NCBI GenBank assembly: GCA_051003195.1
Contig: JBPCLP010000032.1
Span: 1 to 51,297 of the forward strand
Reading direction: 5' to 3'
Source of the DNA: Candidatus Sumerlaeaceae bacterium
Lineage (GTDB): Bacteria > Sumerlaeota > Sumerlaeia > Sumerlaeales > Sumerlaeaceae
DNA length: 51,297 nucleotides
The translations under genes were made by a program, and so were the position numbers. How positions within the stretch are numbered: the first letter of the stretch is position 1; the number at the start of each line of letters is the position of its first letter. Below, piece after piece: positions 38,993 to 47,491 of this stretch. The notes beneath the pieces were generated by a model. The model was not told the DNA's origin. It ran no database searches and worked only from the letters and a program-made list of their open reading frames with translations.

Positions 38993-39555
38993 CTCCCGAC
39001 CAGCAGCCCGGTTGGCAGGTTATTTCCGAAGTTCTCTCGAGCTGGATCGTTCCTGCTCTCATCCTCTTCATCATCACTTATGCCTATTTCCGGAAGGTGA
39101 AGGTTTACGAAGTGTTCGTCGAAGGGGCGAAGGACGGCTTCTCGACGGCCGTCATGATCATTCCATATCTGGTCACCATCTTCGCGGCCATTGCGCTGTT
39201 TCGCGCGGGCGGCGCACTGGAGATCATTTCGAATGTTGTGGCAACGGTGATCGCTCCTACCATACTGCCACCTGAGGTGATTATGATGTCGTTCATGAAG
39301 CCGATGAGCGGCAGCGGGGCACGCGGACTCATGATCGATGTGTTCAACCAGTACGGCGTGGACAGCTACCCGGGCTTTCTCGCTTCCGCGATCCAGGGCA
39401 GCACGGAGACCACGTTCTATGTGATCGCAGTATACTTCGGCGCCGTCGGTGTAAAGAACGCGCGGCATACGATTGCTGTCGGACTGATCGCTGAGTTCGT
39501 CGCAATCACGGTAGCGGTTGTTTTGTCATACCTGTGGTGGAACGTCGGCAAGTGA
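38989..39555 (+). CDS. spmB: SpmB-like membrane protein
   Basis: VYEVFVEGAKDG, KPMSGSGA, QGSTETTFYVIAVYFGAVG; GTGA overlap with spmA. Confidence 0.9.
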   Translation: MTPDQQPGWQVISEVLSSWIVPALILFIITYAYFRKVKVYEVFVEGAKDGFSTAVMIIPYLVTIFAAIALFRAGGALEIISNVVATVIAPTILPPEVIMMSFMKPMSGSGARGLMIDVFNQYGVDSYPGFLASAIQGSTETTFYVIAVYFGAVGVKNARHTIAVGLIAEFVAITVAVVLSYLWWNVGK

Positions 39556-39571
39556 TGCTCGCACACTGACT

Positions 39572-40459
39572 ATGCTGCTGTACGCTTACCTGCTCTACAT
39601 GCTGGCGATCATCGCGTGGTGTATTCATAAGTATGATCGCGGGCCGCTGCTCACGCACCTTAAGTACCAGGCGCTGTTCTTCGGCGCCTTTCTCATGCTG
39701 CTGCCGTTTTACTGGATGGTTATAACAAGCCTCAAAGACACACAGGAGGCCCTGGAGTACCCGCCAAAATGGTGGCCATCGAAGCCGCAGTGTCAAAACT
39801 ATGTGGAGGCCTGGAACAAGCCGGAGGTCGGCTTCGGGCGCTATTACTGGGTCAGCATCTACACCACGGTCGTAACGACATTGGGAACACTGTTCACCAG
39901 CGTCCTGGCGGCGTACGCTTTCGCGAAGATGCGTTTCTTTGGCAAGAACCTGCTGTTTTACCTGGTACTCGCGACACTGATGGTTCCGGGCCAGGTGCTG
40001 ATCATTCCGGATTATATCATCCTGGCACGGCTCGAATGGCTGGACACCTACAAGGCGCTGATCGTGCCATGGCTGGCTAGCGTCTTCTCGATATTTCTCA
40101 TTCGGCAGTTTTTCATGACGCTTCCGGACGACTTATGGGACGCAGCCCAAATCGACGGCTCCGGACGCTGGATGTTTCTCTGGCGCGTCATGGTTCCACT
40201 GAGCAAACCGGTGCTGATTACCAGCGCGATATTTAACTTCATCACGCAATGGAACTCACTGTTGTGGCCGCTGGTGGTGACGAGCAGCCCGGAAATGCGC
40301 ACGCTCATGGTTGGGCTGCAGGTGTTTAATAATGATTCAGGCAGCGAGTTTCACCTGCTGATGGCTGCCAGCGCGTTTTGTGTCATGCCTGTCGTGCTCG
40401 GATTTTTTCTCGTTCAGCGATTCTTCATCGAGGGAATCGCACGCAGCGGTTTAAAATAA
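39572..40459 (+). CDS. Carbohydrate ABC transporter permease (MalG/UgpE-like), no partner genes adjacent
   Basis: PFYWMVITSLK, AAYAFAKMRF, LWDAAQIDG (EAA-like motif), WNSLLWPL, FIEGIARSGLK. Confidence 0.88.
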   Translation: MLLYAYLLYMLAIIAWCIHKYDRGPLLTHLKYQALFFGAFLMLLPFYWMVITSLKDTQEALEYPPKWWPSKPQCQNYVEAWNKPEVGFGRYYWVSIYTTVVTTLGTLFTSVLAAYAFAKMRFFGKNLLFYLVLATLMVPGQVLIIPDYIILARLEWLDTYKALIVPWLASVFSIFLIRQFFMTLPDDLWDAAQIDGSGRWMFLWRVMVPLSKPVLITSAIFNFITQWNSLLWPLVVTSSPEMRTLMVGLQVFNNDSGSEFHLLMAASAFCVMPVVLGFFLVQRFFIEGIARSGLK

Positions 40460-40463
40460 ATGC

Positions 40464-40508
40464 TCAGTGAAACTGCTGCCAGTTTCGCGCCGCAGTCGGC
40501 ACAACATT
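40464..40508 (-). other. Putative C-terminal sorting motif, copy 3 (NVVPTAARNWQQFH*)
   Basis: Same W(-5) and aromatic(-2) spacing as copies 1 and 2. Confidence 0.55.
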
Positions 40509-41021
40509 GAAGATGAAGATGTCACCGCTGCTGGCGGTGCCGTTCGTCGGGTCGTAAACGAACCGAGATCCCCATGGTGTTGACTGTCCGGGGTAATCAT
40601 AGTCATAATCCGGTCCAGCGCTAACAAATACCCATTTGGCGTTAGCACCGAGCGGCATCGTACCGTAGGTTTGCGCCCAGTTCAGGCCGCAGAAGTCTGA
40701 GCTGATCTTCTCTGCGTACCTGTATGCAAAAATGGATGCGGTGTTTGTAGTGGTCTGAAACGGGTCCGTTGGCAGCGTAGCAATATAAGCAACGGGCGTC
40801 GTTAATAAAAACAGATTCTGTCTCGGTTCTGCACAATTACTTACATAAGGGTATTGGCTGGCATTATTGACAGCATAGTTTTCAATGGCAGTTCGCAACG
40901 CACCGGCGTCTGAACTGACTTTGGCCAGATCGCTCGCGATTGTTTTTGGCGCCAAAGCCGCTGCTGCCACTGCGCCTAGTGCAATCGCTCCGAAGCCAGC
41001 ATACTGACGAAAGTTTTTCAT
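40464..41021 (-). CDS. Secreted pilin/pseudopilin-head-like protein lacking the class III prepilin motif
   Basis: AKVS...LRTAIENYAVNN..YP, LTTPVAYIATLPTDPF, FVSAGPD and YDPTNGTASSGDI resemble GspG-like head motifs (DPW/F, SxGPD); the N-terminus lacks G|FTLxE; ends PTAARNWQQFH. Confidence 0.75.
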   Translation of the reverse strand: MKNFRQYAGFGAIALGAVAAAALAPKTIASDLAKVSSDAGALRTAIENYAVNNASQYPYVSNCAEPRQNLFLLTTPVAYIATLPTDPFQTTTNTASIFAYRYAEKISSDFCGLNWAQTYGTMPLGANAKWVFVSAGPDYDYDYPGQSTPWGSRFVYDPTNGTASSGDIFIFNVVPTAARNWQQFH

Positions 41022-41129
41022 CCCATAACTGTCGTTATACTTTAGTCACGCGTCAAGCCCTTCGTAGCGATCCAAGACCTGCTGGATAACTTCGCTTGCG
41101 TTGCATCCTATCAAGTTCAACCTGACGCA

Positions 41130-42287
41130 ATGTCCTGGAGAACCGTGCGCTTTAACGACGTCTCGGCATCATATCTCGAGCAGAAAGCCGAAATTGATGC
41201 GGCTGTCGCACAGGTAATCGCCCGCGGAGATTTCATCAACGGCGCGGCCGTTCGCAATTTCGAATCCGCCTTTGCGACGTACTGCGGCTGCGGGCACGCC
41301 GTCGGCACCAGCAACGGCACTTCCGCCCTGCACCTGGCACTCCTTGCTTCCGGTGTTGCGCCGGGCGACGAAGTCATAACCACGCCAATGACCTTCATCG
41401 CAACAGCTGAGGCCATTACGCACGCCGGCGCACAGGTGCGGTTCGCCGACATTGATCCAGCTGCGCTGAACCTCTCGCCCACCGCGTTCGAGCAGGCGAT
41501 CACCGCGAAAACACGCGCCGTGCTGTTTGTTCACCTGCACGGCAACCCCGCTGGAATTGCTGATGTTGCTGCAATAGCGCGGAAGCACAATTTGGTGCTC
41601 ATTGAAGATTGCGCGCAAGCCCACGGTGCTCTGCTCACGCCGAAAGCTTCGCAGCAGCTGTCGTGCACGCGACGTGATGATGGCCGCGCGCACGTGGGAT
41701 CATTCGGCGATGCGGCAGCTTACAGCTTTTTCCCCGCAAAGAACCTCGGCGCATTTGGAGATGCTGGAATCGTGACGACTGCGAACGCTGATATTGCAAA
41801 ACGCGCACACATGCTCGCCAACCACGGTCGCACCGAAAAGTACCAGCATGATATCGAGGGCTTTAATTACCGGCTGGATACACTCCAGGCGGCAGTCCTG
41901 CTTGTTAAACTGGCTCACCTTGATCAGCAGGTCGAGCAGCGGAATCGACTGGCAACTGTATATGAGGAGCAGTTTAAAGGCCTGCCGATTACCATGCAAC
42001 AACCCGAGCCCGGTACCCGGCATGGTCGACATCTTTTTGTGATTCACACGCCTGAGCGTGACGGCCTGCAACAACACCTTGAGGCGAACCACATCGAGAC
42101 CGGCATCCACTATCCGCTGCCGCTGCACTTGCAGGAAGCGTATGCACACCTCCAATTGAAAAAGGGATCGCTCCCGGCGGCAGAGCAGGCAGCCAAAACT
42201 ACGTTGTCCCTCCCCCTTTATCCGCAGTTGCCGCCCGAACAGGTGGAATTTGTCGCTCGGACGGTCCGCGCATTTTTCGGCGGCTAA
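41130..42287 (+). CDS. DegT/DnrJ/EryC1/StrS family sugar aminotransferase
   Basis: SNGTSALHLAL, TFIATAEAI, EDCAQAHG, SFFPAKNLGAFGDAG, GFNYRLD. Confidence 0.93.
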   Translation: MSWRTVRFNDVSASYLEQKAEIDAAVAQVIARGDFINGAAVRNFESAFATYCGCGHAVGTSNGTSALHLALLASGVAPGDEVITTPMTFIATAEAITHAGAQVRFADIDPAALNLSPTAFEQAITAKTRAVLFVHLHGNPAGIADVAAIARKHNLVLIEDCAQAHGALLTPKASQQLSCTRRDDGRAHVGSFGDAAAYSFFPAKNLGAFGDAGIVTTANADIAKRAHMLANHGRTEKYQHDIEGFNYRLDTLQAAVLLVKLAHLDQQVEQRNRLATVYEEQFKGLPITMQQPEPGTRHGRHLFVIHTPERDGLQQHLEANHIETGIHYPLPLHLQEAYAHLQLKKGSLPAAEQAAKTTLSLPLYPQLPPEQVEFVARTVRAFFGG

Positions 42288-42307
42288 TCTGCAGGTGGTG
42301 CTATCGT

Positions 42308-43555
42308 TTAGTCAACTCCACGCACTGATCCCCGGACGTCGTAAACAACCGCACCGTCAATCAGCACCCGCTGGACAACCGTGAGTTCGTCGCAGAGCAG
42401 CTCACGCAACGATCGGTTCTCCACATGCTGGCAGCGCAGGATCAGCATGTCCGCTGCATAGCCCGGTGCAAGCGTGCCGATCCTGTGTGCGGCGAGAGCC
42501 CGTGTGCTGCCCGGGTTACAGGTCACCATGTGCAAAAGCTGCGATCCGCTCAATTCCGGGAACTCCTTTGCAGCAGTTCGCACAACTTGCAACATGTCGA
42601 GGGTGTCAGCGCTTGCCAGACTGTCCGTACCAAGGCAGACGTTTGCGCCATCCGTGAGGAAATCAACCATCGGAAATTTCCCCCTCGAAAAATACGAGTG
42701 TGTGCCTGGACAGTGGACTACCCCACGCGGTGCCCTGAAGAACTTCCGATCGTCTGCACCAGCGCAGTTCAGATGAAAGGCCAGGTCACAGCATTCACGC
42801 AGTTCTTCCTGCTCCAGCATCTGCATTGCCGCGCACGCGCGCTCATTCGAATCAACAGGACCTGCACCGTATGTCAGCCCGCGCTGGCTTAAAAACTCGG
42901 CAATCGACCCGGTATGATGCATCAACACCTGTTCTTCATCGGGAGTTTCAGCCAGGTGCCAGCCGCAAACCAGGTCTGGCCGTTCACGGAGTACTTCTCG
43001 CAGCCGACCTCTTAACGCCGGCCCGACGCTATAAGGCGCGTGCGGATTAATACCAGCGCCGAGACACGTGCCTGACCGTTCGATGGAATCCAGGTCCGAC
43101 AGCGTCTCTTCCAGTTGCTTAGCTGCACGATCGTCACTCAGGCCAAGCACTTCATGTAATACGAAGTGCTTCAGCAGTGCTTTATTGAGATGCTTTGCCC
43201 GAAGCGTCGTCGAATCGATGACCGCAGTACAGCCACCTGCCAGCAGCTGCTGAATTCCATCCTGGAAACCAGCCCGCACTTGCTCAGGTGTCAGCTCTGC
43301 CTTCGCGGCAACAATTGCATCCAGCCACACGCCAAAAGGCACCGATCCCCGCGGCAGTTTACCAGCGAGTGCTGTGTACTCAAGATGACAATGGGCGTTA
43401 ATGAATCCCGGAAGAAGGAGATCCGCCTCCATCTCCGTCGGATGATTAGTGTCAGCAGCTGAAATGCCAGTAATCGATTTCTGTTCGATAACGACATCGA
43501 CGTCGCGCGCAAGCTCCCGCGAGTTTATCCATGCAGCACCGGCACGAATTCTCAC
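42308..43555 (-). CDS. Metal-dependent amidohydrolase (nucleoside deaminase-like)
   Basis: PGFINAHCHLE, PHAPY, HLAET, LGTDSLAS, GTLAPGYAAD. Confidence 0.85.
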   Translation of the reverse strand: MRIRAGAAWINSRELARDVDVVIEQKSITGISAADTNHPTEMEADLLLPGFINAHCHLEYTALAGKLPRGSVPFGVWLDAIVAAKAELTPEQVRAGFQDGIQQLLAGGCTAVIDSTTLRAKHLNKALLKHFVLHEVLGLSDDRAAKQLEETLSDLDSIERSGTCLGAGINPHAPYSVGPALRGRLREVLRERPDLVCGWHLAETPDEEQVLMHHTGSIAEFLSQRGLTYGAGPVDSNERACAAMQMLEQEELRECCDLAFHLNCAGADDRKFFRAPRGVVHCPGTHSYFSRGKFPMVDFLTDGANVCLGTDSLASADTLDMLQVVRTAAKEFPELSGSQLLHMVTCNPGSTRALAAHRIGTLAPGYAADMLILRCQHVENRSLRELLCDELTVVQRVLIDGAVVYDVRGSVRGVD

Positions 43556-43592
43556 GACCTGGATTCTTGCTCAGTCATTGACCCACGACATG

Positions 43593-44405
43593 CTAAGGCG
43601 CGACTTTAATAATATCTTTCGACCAGATGCCCCGCTTCCTGGTACGCGCGTCGCGCTCCGCTTCAACGAGCGGATCGTAGTTTACGTCGGGCGCGAAATC
43701 ATTCTGCTTAAGTTGAGCCAGCCCCTCTTTCAGTAACAGGCGGTTCAATTCTGTCCCATCCTTTAGCCTGGCAATCGCGAGGATCGCTCCGTCGCTGTCG
43801 CGCAGCGGTGAATCCAGTACAAGAGTGACAGGCTGATCCTGGGTCAGCTCCCGAATCCGGCGGGTCGCCTCCCTCGCGTAAACACGCATCACATCATCCG
43901 TGTTGCGTTCGGATGCAATGCGCACCCCGCGCAGGCGTATCTCCTCACGACTCCCGACGACCAGATAACCCCGGTCCAGCACCTCTACCACGTTGGTTTC
44001 GACGGGCCGGTAAATGTGCGACCCGAACAGTGGGTCCCCATCATCCTGTACAACAGACCGAACTTCTTCCGAAGTCATTCCCGCGGGGGCAACGCTCTCC
44101 GTCTTCAAAAACGTTTCCACCACTTTGCCGTACTCAAGATCCGTGTATTGCTGCACAGGCGTCAGCACACGCGGTATATACTGCGGTGTCGTGAGCAGGT
44201 AGGGACTGAGCTCATAGCCATTAAAGTTGCTGTAATAGTATGCATCGTAGTTACGCGGTTTCTTATGTATGGAGCCATGGCCGATGGCATACTCGGATTT
44301 CCGCACGGTCGTTTTTCCGCGTGGACTGGCCGAGGAACTGCTCTGCGCGACCAATCCACCACTTACAGCTACTGCTATCGCAACTGCCAGATACACACGT
44401 TTCAT
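43593..44405 (-). CDS. Secreted thermonuclease (SNase)-like protein
   Basis: Signal peptide; IRLRGV, LNRLLLKEGLA and AERDARTRKRGIWS SNase signatures. Confidence 0.78.
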   Translation of the reverse strand: MKRVYLAVAIAVAVSGGLVAQSSSSASPRGKTTVRKSEYAIGHGSIHKKPRNYDAYYYSNFNGYELSPYLLTTPQYIPRVLTPVQQYTDLEYGKVVETFLKTESVAPAGMTSEEVRSVVQDDGDPLFGSHIYRPVETNVVEVLDRGYLVVGSREEIRLRGVRIASERNTDDVMRVYAREATRRIRELTQDQPVTLVLDSPLRDSDGAILAIARLKDGTELNRLLLKEGLAQLKQNDFAPDVNYDPLVEAERDARTRKRGIWSKDIIKVAP

Positions 44406-44549
44406 ATCTTGTTCACCTTACCTGATGCGACTCTATGGAAAAGTATACGACAGTTGCGCAGATCCGATTGCAAGGGTTCACCCTGAGTAATTTTCGCCGT
44501 TTGGACTAGTGAGTTCTATAGCCGCATGCCGGCCACAATGGAGGACGGA

Positions 44550-45014
44550 ATGATTTACATCAGCCGAAAAGTCGAGTTTTGTGCAAGCCACAGGCTCTAT
44601 AATCCTGAGTTCAGCGACGAAAAGAACCAGGCGATCTACGGCCGCTGTAATAATGTGAACGGACACGGGCATAACTATGTGCTGGAGGTCACGTTACGCG
44701 GCTCCATCGAGCCGGACACCGGCATGGTGATGGACCTTAAAGCGCTAAAGGTGCTGCTGGAAGAAGAAATCCTGGAGAAGGTGGATCACAAGAACCTCAA
44801 CGTCGACGTGGATTTCCTGGATGGAGTGATCCCGACGGCAGAAAACATCGTAGCCAGCTTCTGGAACATTCTTGAGGACAAACTGCCGTCCAATTGTGAA
44901 CTTTTCGAAATGAAGCTATGGGAGAGCGAGAACAACCTGGCGCTCTACCGCGGCGAAGGTGTGGAGATTGTGCGGCATGGGCAGCTTGCGACATCGGACG
45001 CACAACAGCGATAG
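44550..45014 (+). CDS. queD: 6-carboxytetrahydropterin synthase / PTPS
   Basis: FCASHRL, GRCNNVNGHGHNY, GMVMDL, DHKNLN, PTAENI, LWESE. Confidence 0.88.
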   Translation: MIYISRKVEFCASHRLYNPEFSDEKNQAIYGRCNNVNGHGHNYVLEVTLRGSIEPDTGMVMDLKALKVLLEEEILEKVDHKNLNVDVDFLDGVIPTAENIVASFWNILEDKLPSNCELFEMKLWESENNLALYRGEGVEIVRHGQLATSDAQQR

Positions 45015-45060
45015 CAAAGAACGTATGACGCAAAATAGCTGCACGGCAAAGTAAAAGCCT

Positions 45061-45108
45061 CCACTAATCACACGAAATTGGATTCGAGCAGATTCGTGGA
45101 ATTTGTGG
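45061..45108. repeat. Imperfect inverted repeat CCACTAATCACACGAA...TTCGTGGAATTTGTGG
   Basis: The arms are imperfectly complementary; the left arm matches 3226-3241 (CCACGAATCACGCGAA) at 14/16 positions. Confidence 0.6.
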
Positions 45109-45159
45109 ATTTTATTCTCTGCATTGACAGTCGTTCTGGCGCTTTGAGCAATCAATTCC

Positions 45160-46410
45160 ATGACAACCCACCTGGATCCCAAGCGCACCGTCGCCGAACT
45201 CAAAGAACTCCGCCTGCTCACCGGTGACGAGAACGGCGCTCAGCGCGTTGCGTTTACTCCCACCTGGGCAAAGGCCCGCACGTGGATGCGCGAGAAACTG
45301 CAGGGCCTCCCAGTCGAGATTCACATGGACCAGGCTGGGAATGTCTGGACAACACTACGCGGTGAAAGCCATCGCGGGTTGCTGATCGGCGGGCATATCG
45401 ACAGCGTCCCAAACGGTGGTTGGCTGGATGGCTGCCTCAATGTCATGGCCGGAGTTGAAATTCTGCGCCGCATCAGCGCGCAGTACAGCGGCCGCCCACC
45501 GGTAACGGTTCGCCTCGTTGACTGGGCGGATGAAGAAGGCGCGCGGTTCGGCAAGAGCCTGTTCGGATCCTCCGCCTGTTCGGGCAACCTGGACATGGAA
45601 GAAGCGCGCGGCCTGAAGGACAAACAGGGAATCGGTTTGCCAGATGCCTTGAAAGAGCATGGAATTGAGTTCGATCGCGTTAAGGAAAGTGGCAAGGAAT
45701 TGAAAAACGCGGCTGCTTATCTGGAACTGCATATCGAACAAGGACCGGTGCTGCTGGATCTGGACCTGCCGCTAGGCACCGTCCTCGGGACGTTCGGCGT
45801 GGAGCGTCATGCAGTCACTTTTCATGGCCAGGCCGCGCACTCCGGCAGCACGCCGATGAACCGCCGCCGCGACGCCTTTCTCGCCGCCTCAAAGATGAGT
45901 CCCGAGATCTACAAAATTGGCGAGCGCAGCAAGGGGGGCGTGTGCACTATCGGGTCGTGCACGACGAAGCCGGGCATTGTTACCAGCGTCGTGGCGGATT
46001 GCACAATTACCCTCGACCAGCGCCACCTCGATCCTGCCGCGCTCGCGCGCATGCTGTCCGAAGCGAAAGACGCCAGTGAGCGATTTGCGAAGGAAGGTAA
46101 TGTAACCGTCGAGTGGGATCGCCTCTGGCACATTGAACCCCTCCCCTTCGATCCGCACCTGCTCGATTTATGCGATGAGGCCATTGATGAAACCTGCGGA
46201 AAGAAATACCGCCTGCCCTCAGGTCCGCTTCATGATGCCGCAGAAATGGCCCGCGTCGGAATCCCGACGATCATGATGTTCGTGCAAAGCCTGCATGGCA
46301 TCAGTCATAACAAGATCGAGGATACAAAGGAAGAACACCTGGAGATGTGCATTACGGCTTTCGACAAGCTGGCGGAGAAAGCGATGAAGTGGGTCGCGAA
46401 TCAACAATGA
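45160..46410 (+). CDS. M20 family Zn-dependent hydrolase (allantoate amidohydrolase / N-carbamoyl-L-amino-acid hydrolase)
   Basis: GGHIDSVPNGGWLDG, DEEGARFG, ELHIEQGP, AHSGSTPM, SGPLHDA, GISHN. Confidence 0.9.
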   Translation: MTTHLDPKRTVAELKELRLLTGDENGAQRVAFTPTWAKARTWMREKLQGLPVEIHMDQAGNVWTTLRGESHRGLLIGGHIDSVPNGGWLDGCLNVMAGVEILRRISAQYSGRPPVTVRLVDWADEEGARFGKSLFGSSACSGNLDMEEARGLKDKQGIGLPDALKEHGIEFDRVKESGKELKNAAAYLELHIEQGPVLLDLDLPLGTVLGTFGVERHAVTFHGQAAHSGSTPMNRRRDAFLAASKMSPEIYKIGERSKGGVCTIGSCTTKPGIVTSVVADCTITLDQRHLDPAALARMLSEAKDASERFAKEGNVTVEWDRLWHIEPLPFDPHLLDLCDEAIDETCGKKYRLPSGPLHDAAEMARVGIPTIMMFVQSLHGISHNKIEDTKEEHLEMCITAFDKLAEKAMKWVANQQ

Positions 46411-46964
46411 GTGCTCTTTCGAAATTGCGGAAATCCCTGAAAGAACAAACTAGTGTCTGTATCGTCGAGTCTGGTCGAGACGGTAGCTACTACCGAGGAA
46501 TAGTTACCCACATTTCATCGGTATTTGTGGCACTGCATCAGATCGAGAATCTGGAGTTCAACGGTACAGTCATACTCGCTCTGAAGGACTTCAATGACGT
46601 ACGTGATGGAACCTTCAGCAAAGTTACGGATCGAATCCTCGAGCAAAACAGAGAAATTAAAAAGCAGCGCCCGGCGGCATGGCTGAATGACTGTGAAACC
46701 TGGCAGGACTTATTCCTCAATCTTAAGCGTCGCAGAATCTGGCCCTCATTGGAAGTCGTTAAAAAGAAAGATTGTTGGTTCTTGATCGGGCCAATCTTGG
46801 ATGTTGAAGAAAAAGGTTCCTACATTCATAACTTTAGCGGCGATGGGAAGTGGCAGAAAGAGCCCGATCCGATCACTTACAAATATTTACACCAGGTGAT
46901 GTTCGGCGACAGGTACAGCAAACACTTCAACCGTTACATGCGCACAAAAGGTTTGCCTGATTAG
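46407..46964 (+). CDS. Hypothetical protein (visibly AT-richer than its neighbours)
   Basis: ATG 46407 overlaps the hydrolase TGA (ATGA); 185-aa open frame fills the gap to apt. Confidence 0.7.
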   Translation: MSALSKLRKSLKEQTSVCIVESGRDGSYYRGIVTHISSVFVALHQIENLEFNGTVILALKDFNDVRDGTFSKVTDRILEQNREIKKQRPAAWLNDCETWQDLFLNLKRRRIWPSLEVVKKKDCWFLIGPILDVEEKGSYIHNFSGDGKWQKEPDPITYKYLHQVMFGDRYSKHFNRYMRTKGLPD

Positions 46965-46973
46965 CAGGCCAGT

Positions 46974-47486
46974 TCAGTACTGTACCAGCGTAAACACCTT
47001 CCGATCGCCCAGCTTTTCTTTCCATGGCAGAAACGTCAGTTCGATGATGCACGCCACTTCCTCAATTACGCCGCCCACCTGCTCAATTAAATCGCACGTC
47101 GCCGCAAGCGTGCCGCCGGTGGCAATCAGGTCATCCACTACCAGCACCTTCTCGCCGTTCTCGATGGCGTCTGAGTGGATTTCTACACAATCGGTGCCGT
47201 ACTCAAGGTCGTACGTCTGGCTCACGCGGTGCGAGGGCAGTTTGCCAACTTTACGTACCGGAACCATTCCGATTCCCATCGCGTATGCCAGCGCCGAGGC
47301 AAAAATGAATCCGCGGGCTTCAATGCCGACCACCCGTTGTATCCCGCGCCCGCGATAGCGATCACTAAGAACATCGATGGTGTGATGAAACGCCGCGCCG
47401 TCGCGAAGCAGCGTCGTGATGTCTTTAAACAATATGCCCGGCTTCGGAAAATCCGGGACATCGCGTATGTAATCTTTCAATTCCAT
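46974..47486 (-). CDS. apt: Adenine phosphoribosyltransferase
   Basis: PDFPKPGILFKDITTL, GIEARGF, YDLEYGTD, VVDDLIATGGT. Confidence 0.96.
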   Translation of the reverse strand: MELKDYIRDVPDFPKPGILFKDITTLLRDGAAFHHTIDVLSDRYRGRGIQRVVGIEARGFIFASALAYAMGIGMVPVRKVGKLPSHRVSQTYDLEYGTDCVEIHSDAIENGEKVLVVDDLIATGGTLAATCDLIEQVGGVIEEVACIIELTFLPWKEKLGDRKVFTLVQY

Positions 47487-47491
47487 CAGGG

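Noticed and set aside
38195..39555. spmAB as evidence of sporulation
   Set aside because: Homologs are widespread in non-sporulating bacteria and no other sporulation genes are present
15640..47486. A unified purine-catabolism island (BMP, Mo enzyme, deaminase, M20 hydrolase, apt)
   Set aside because: The genes are dispersed among unrelated housekeeping genes on both strands, and the Mo enzyme looks PaoABC-like rather than a proven xanthine dehydrogenase
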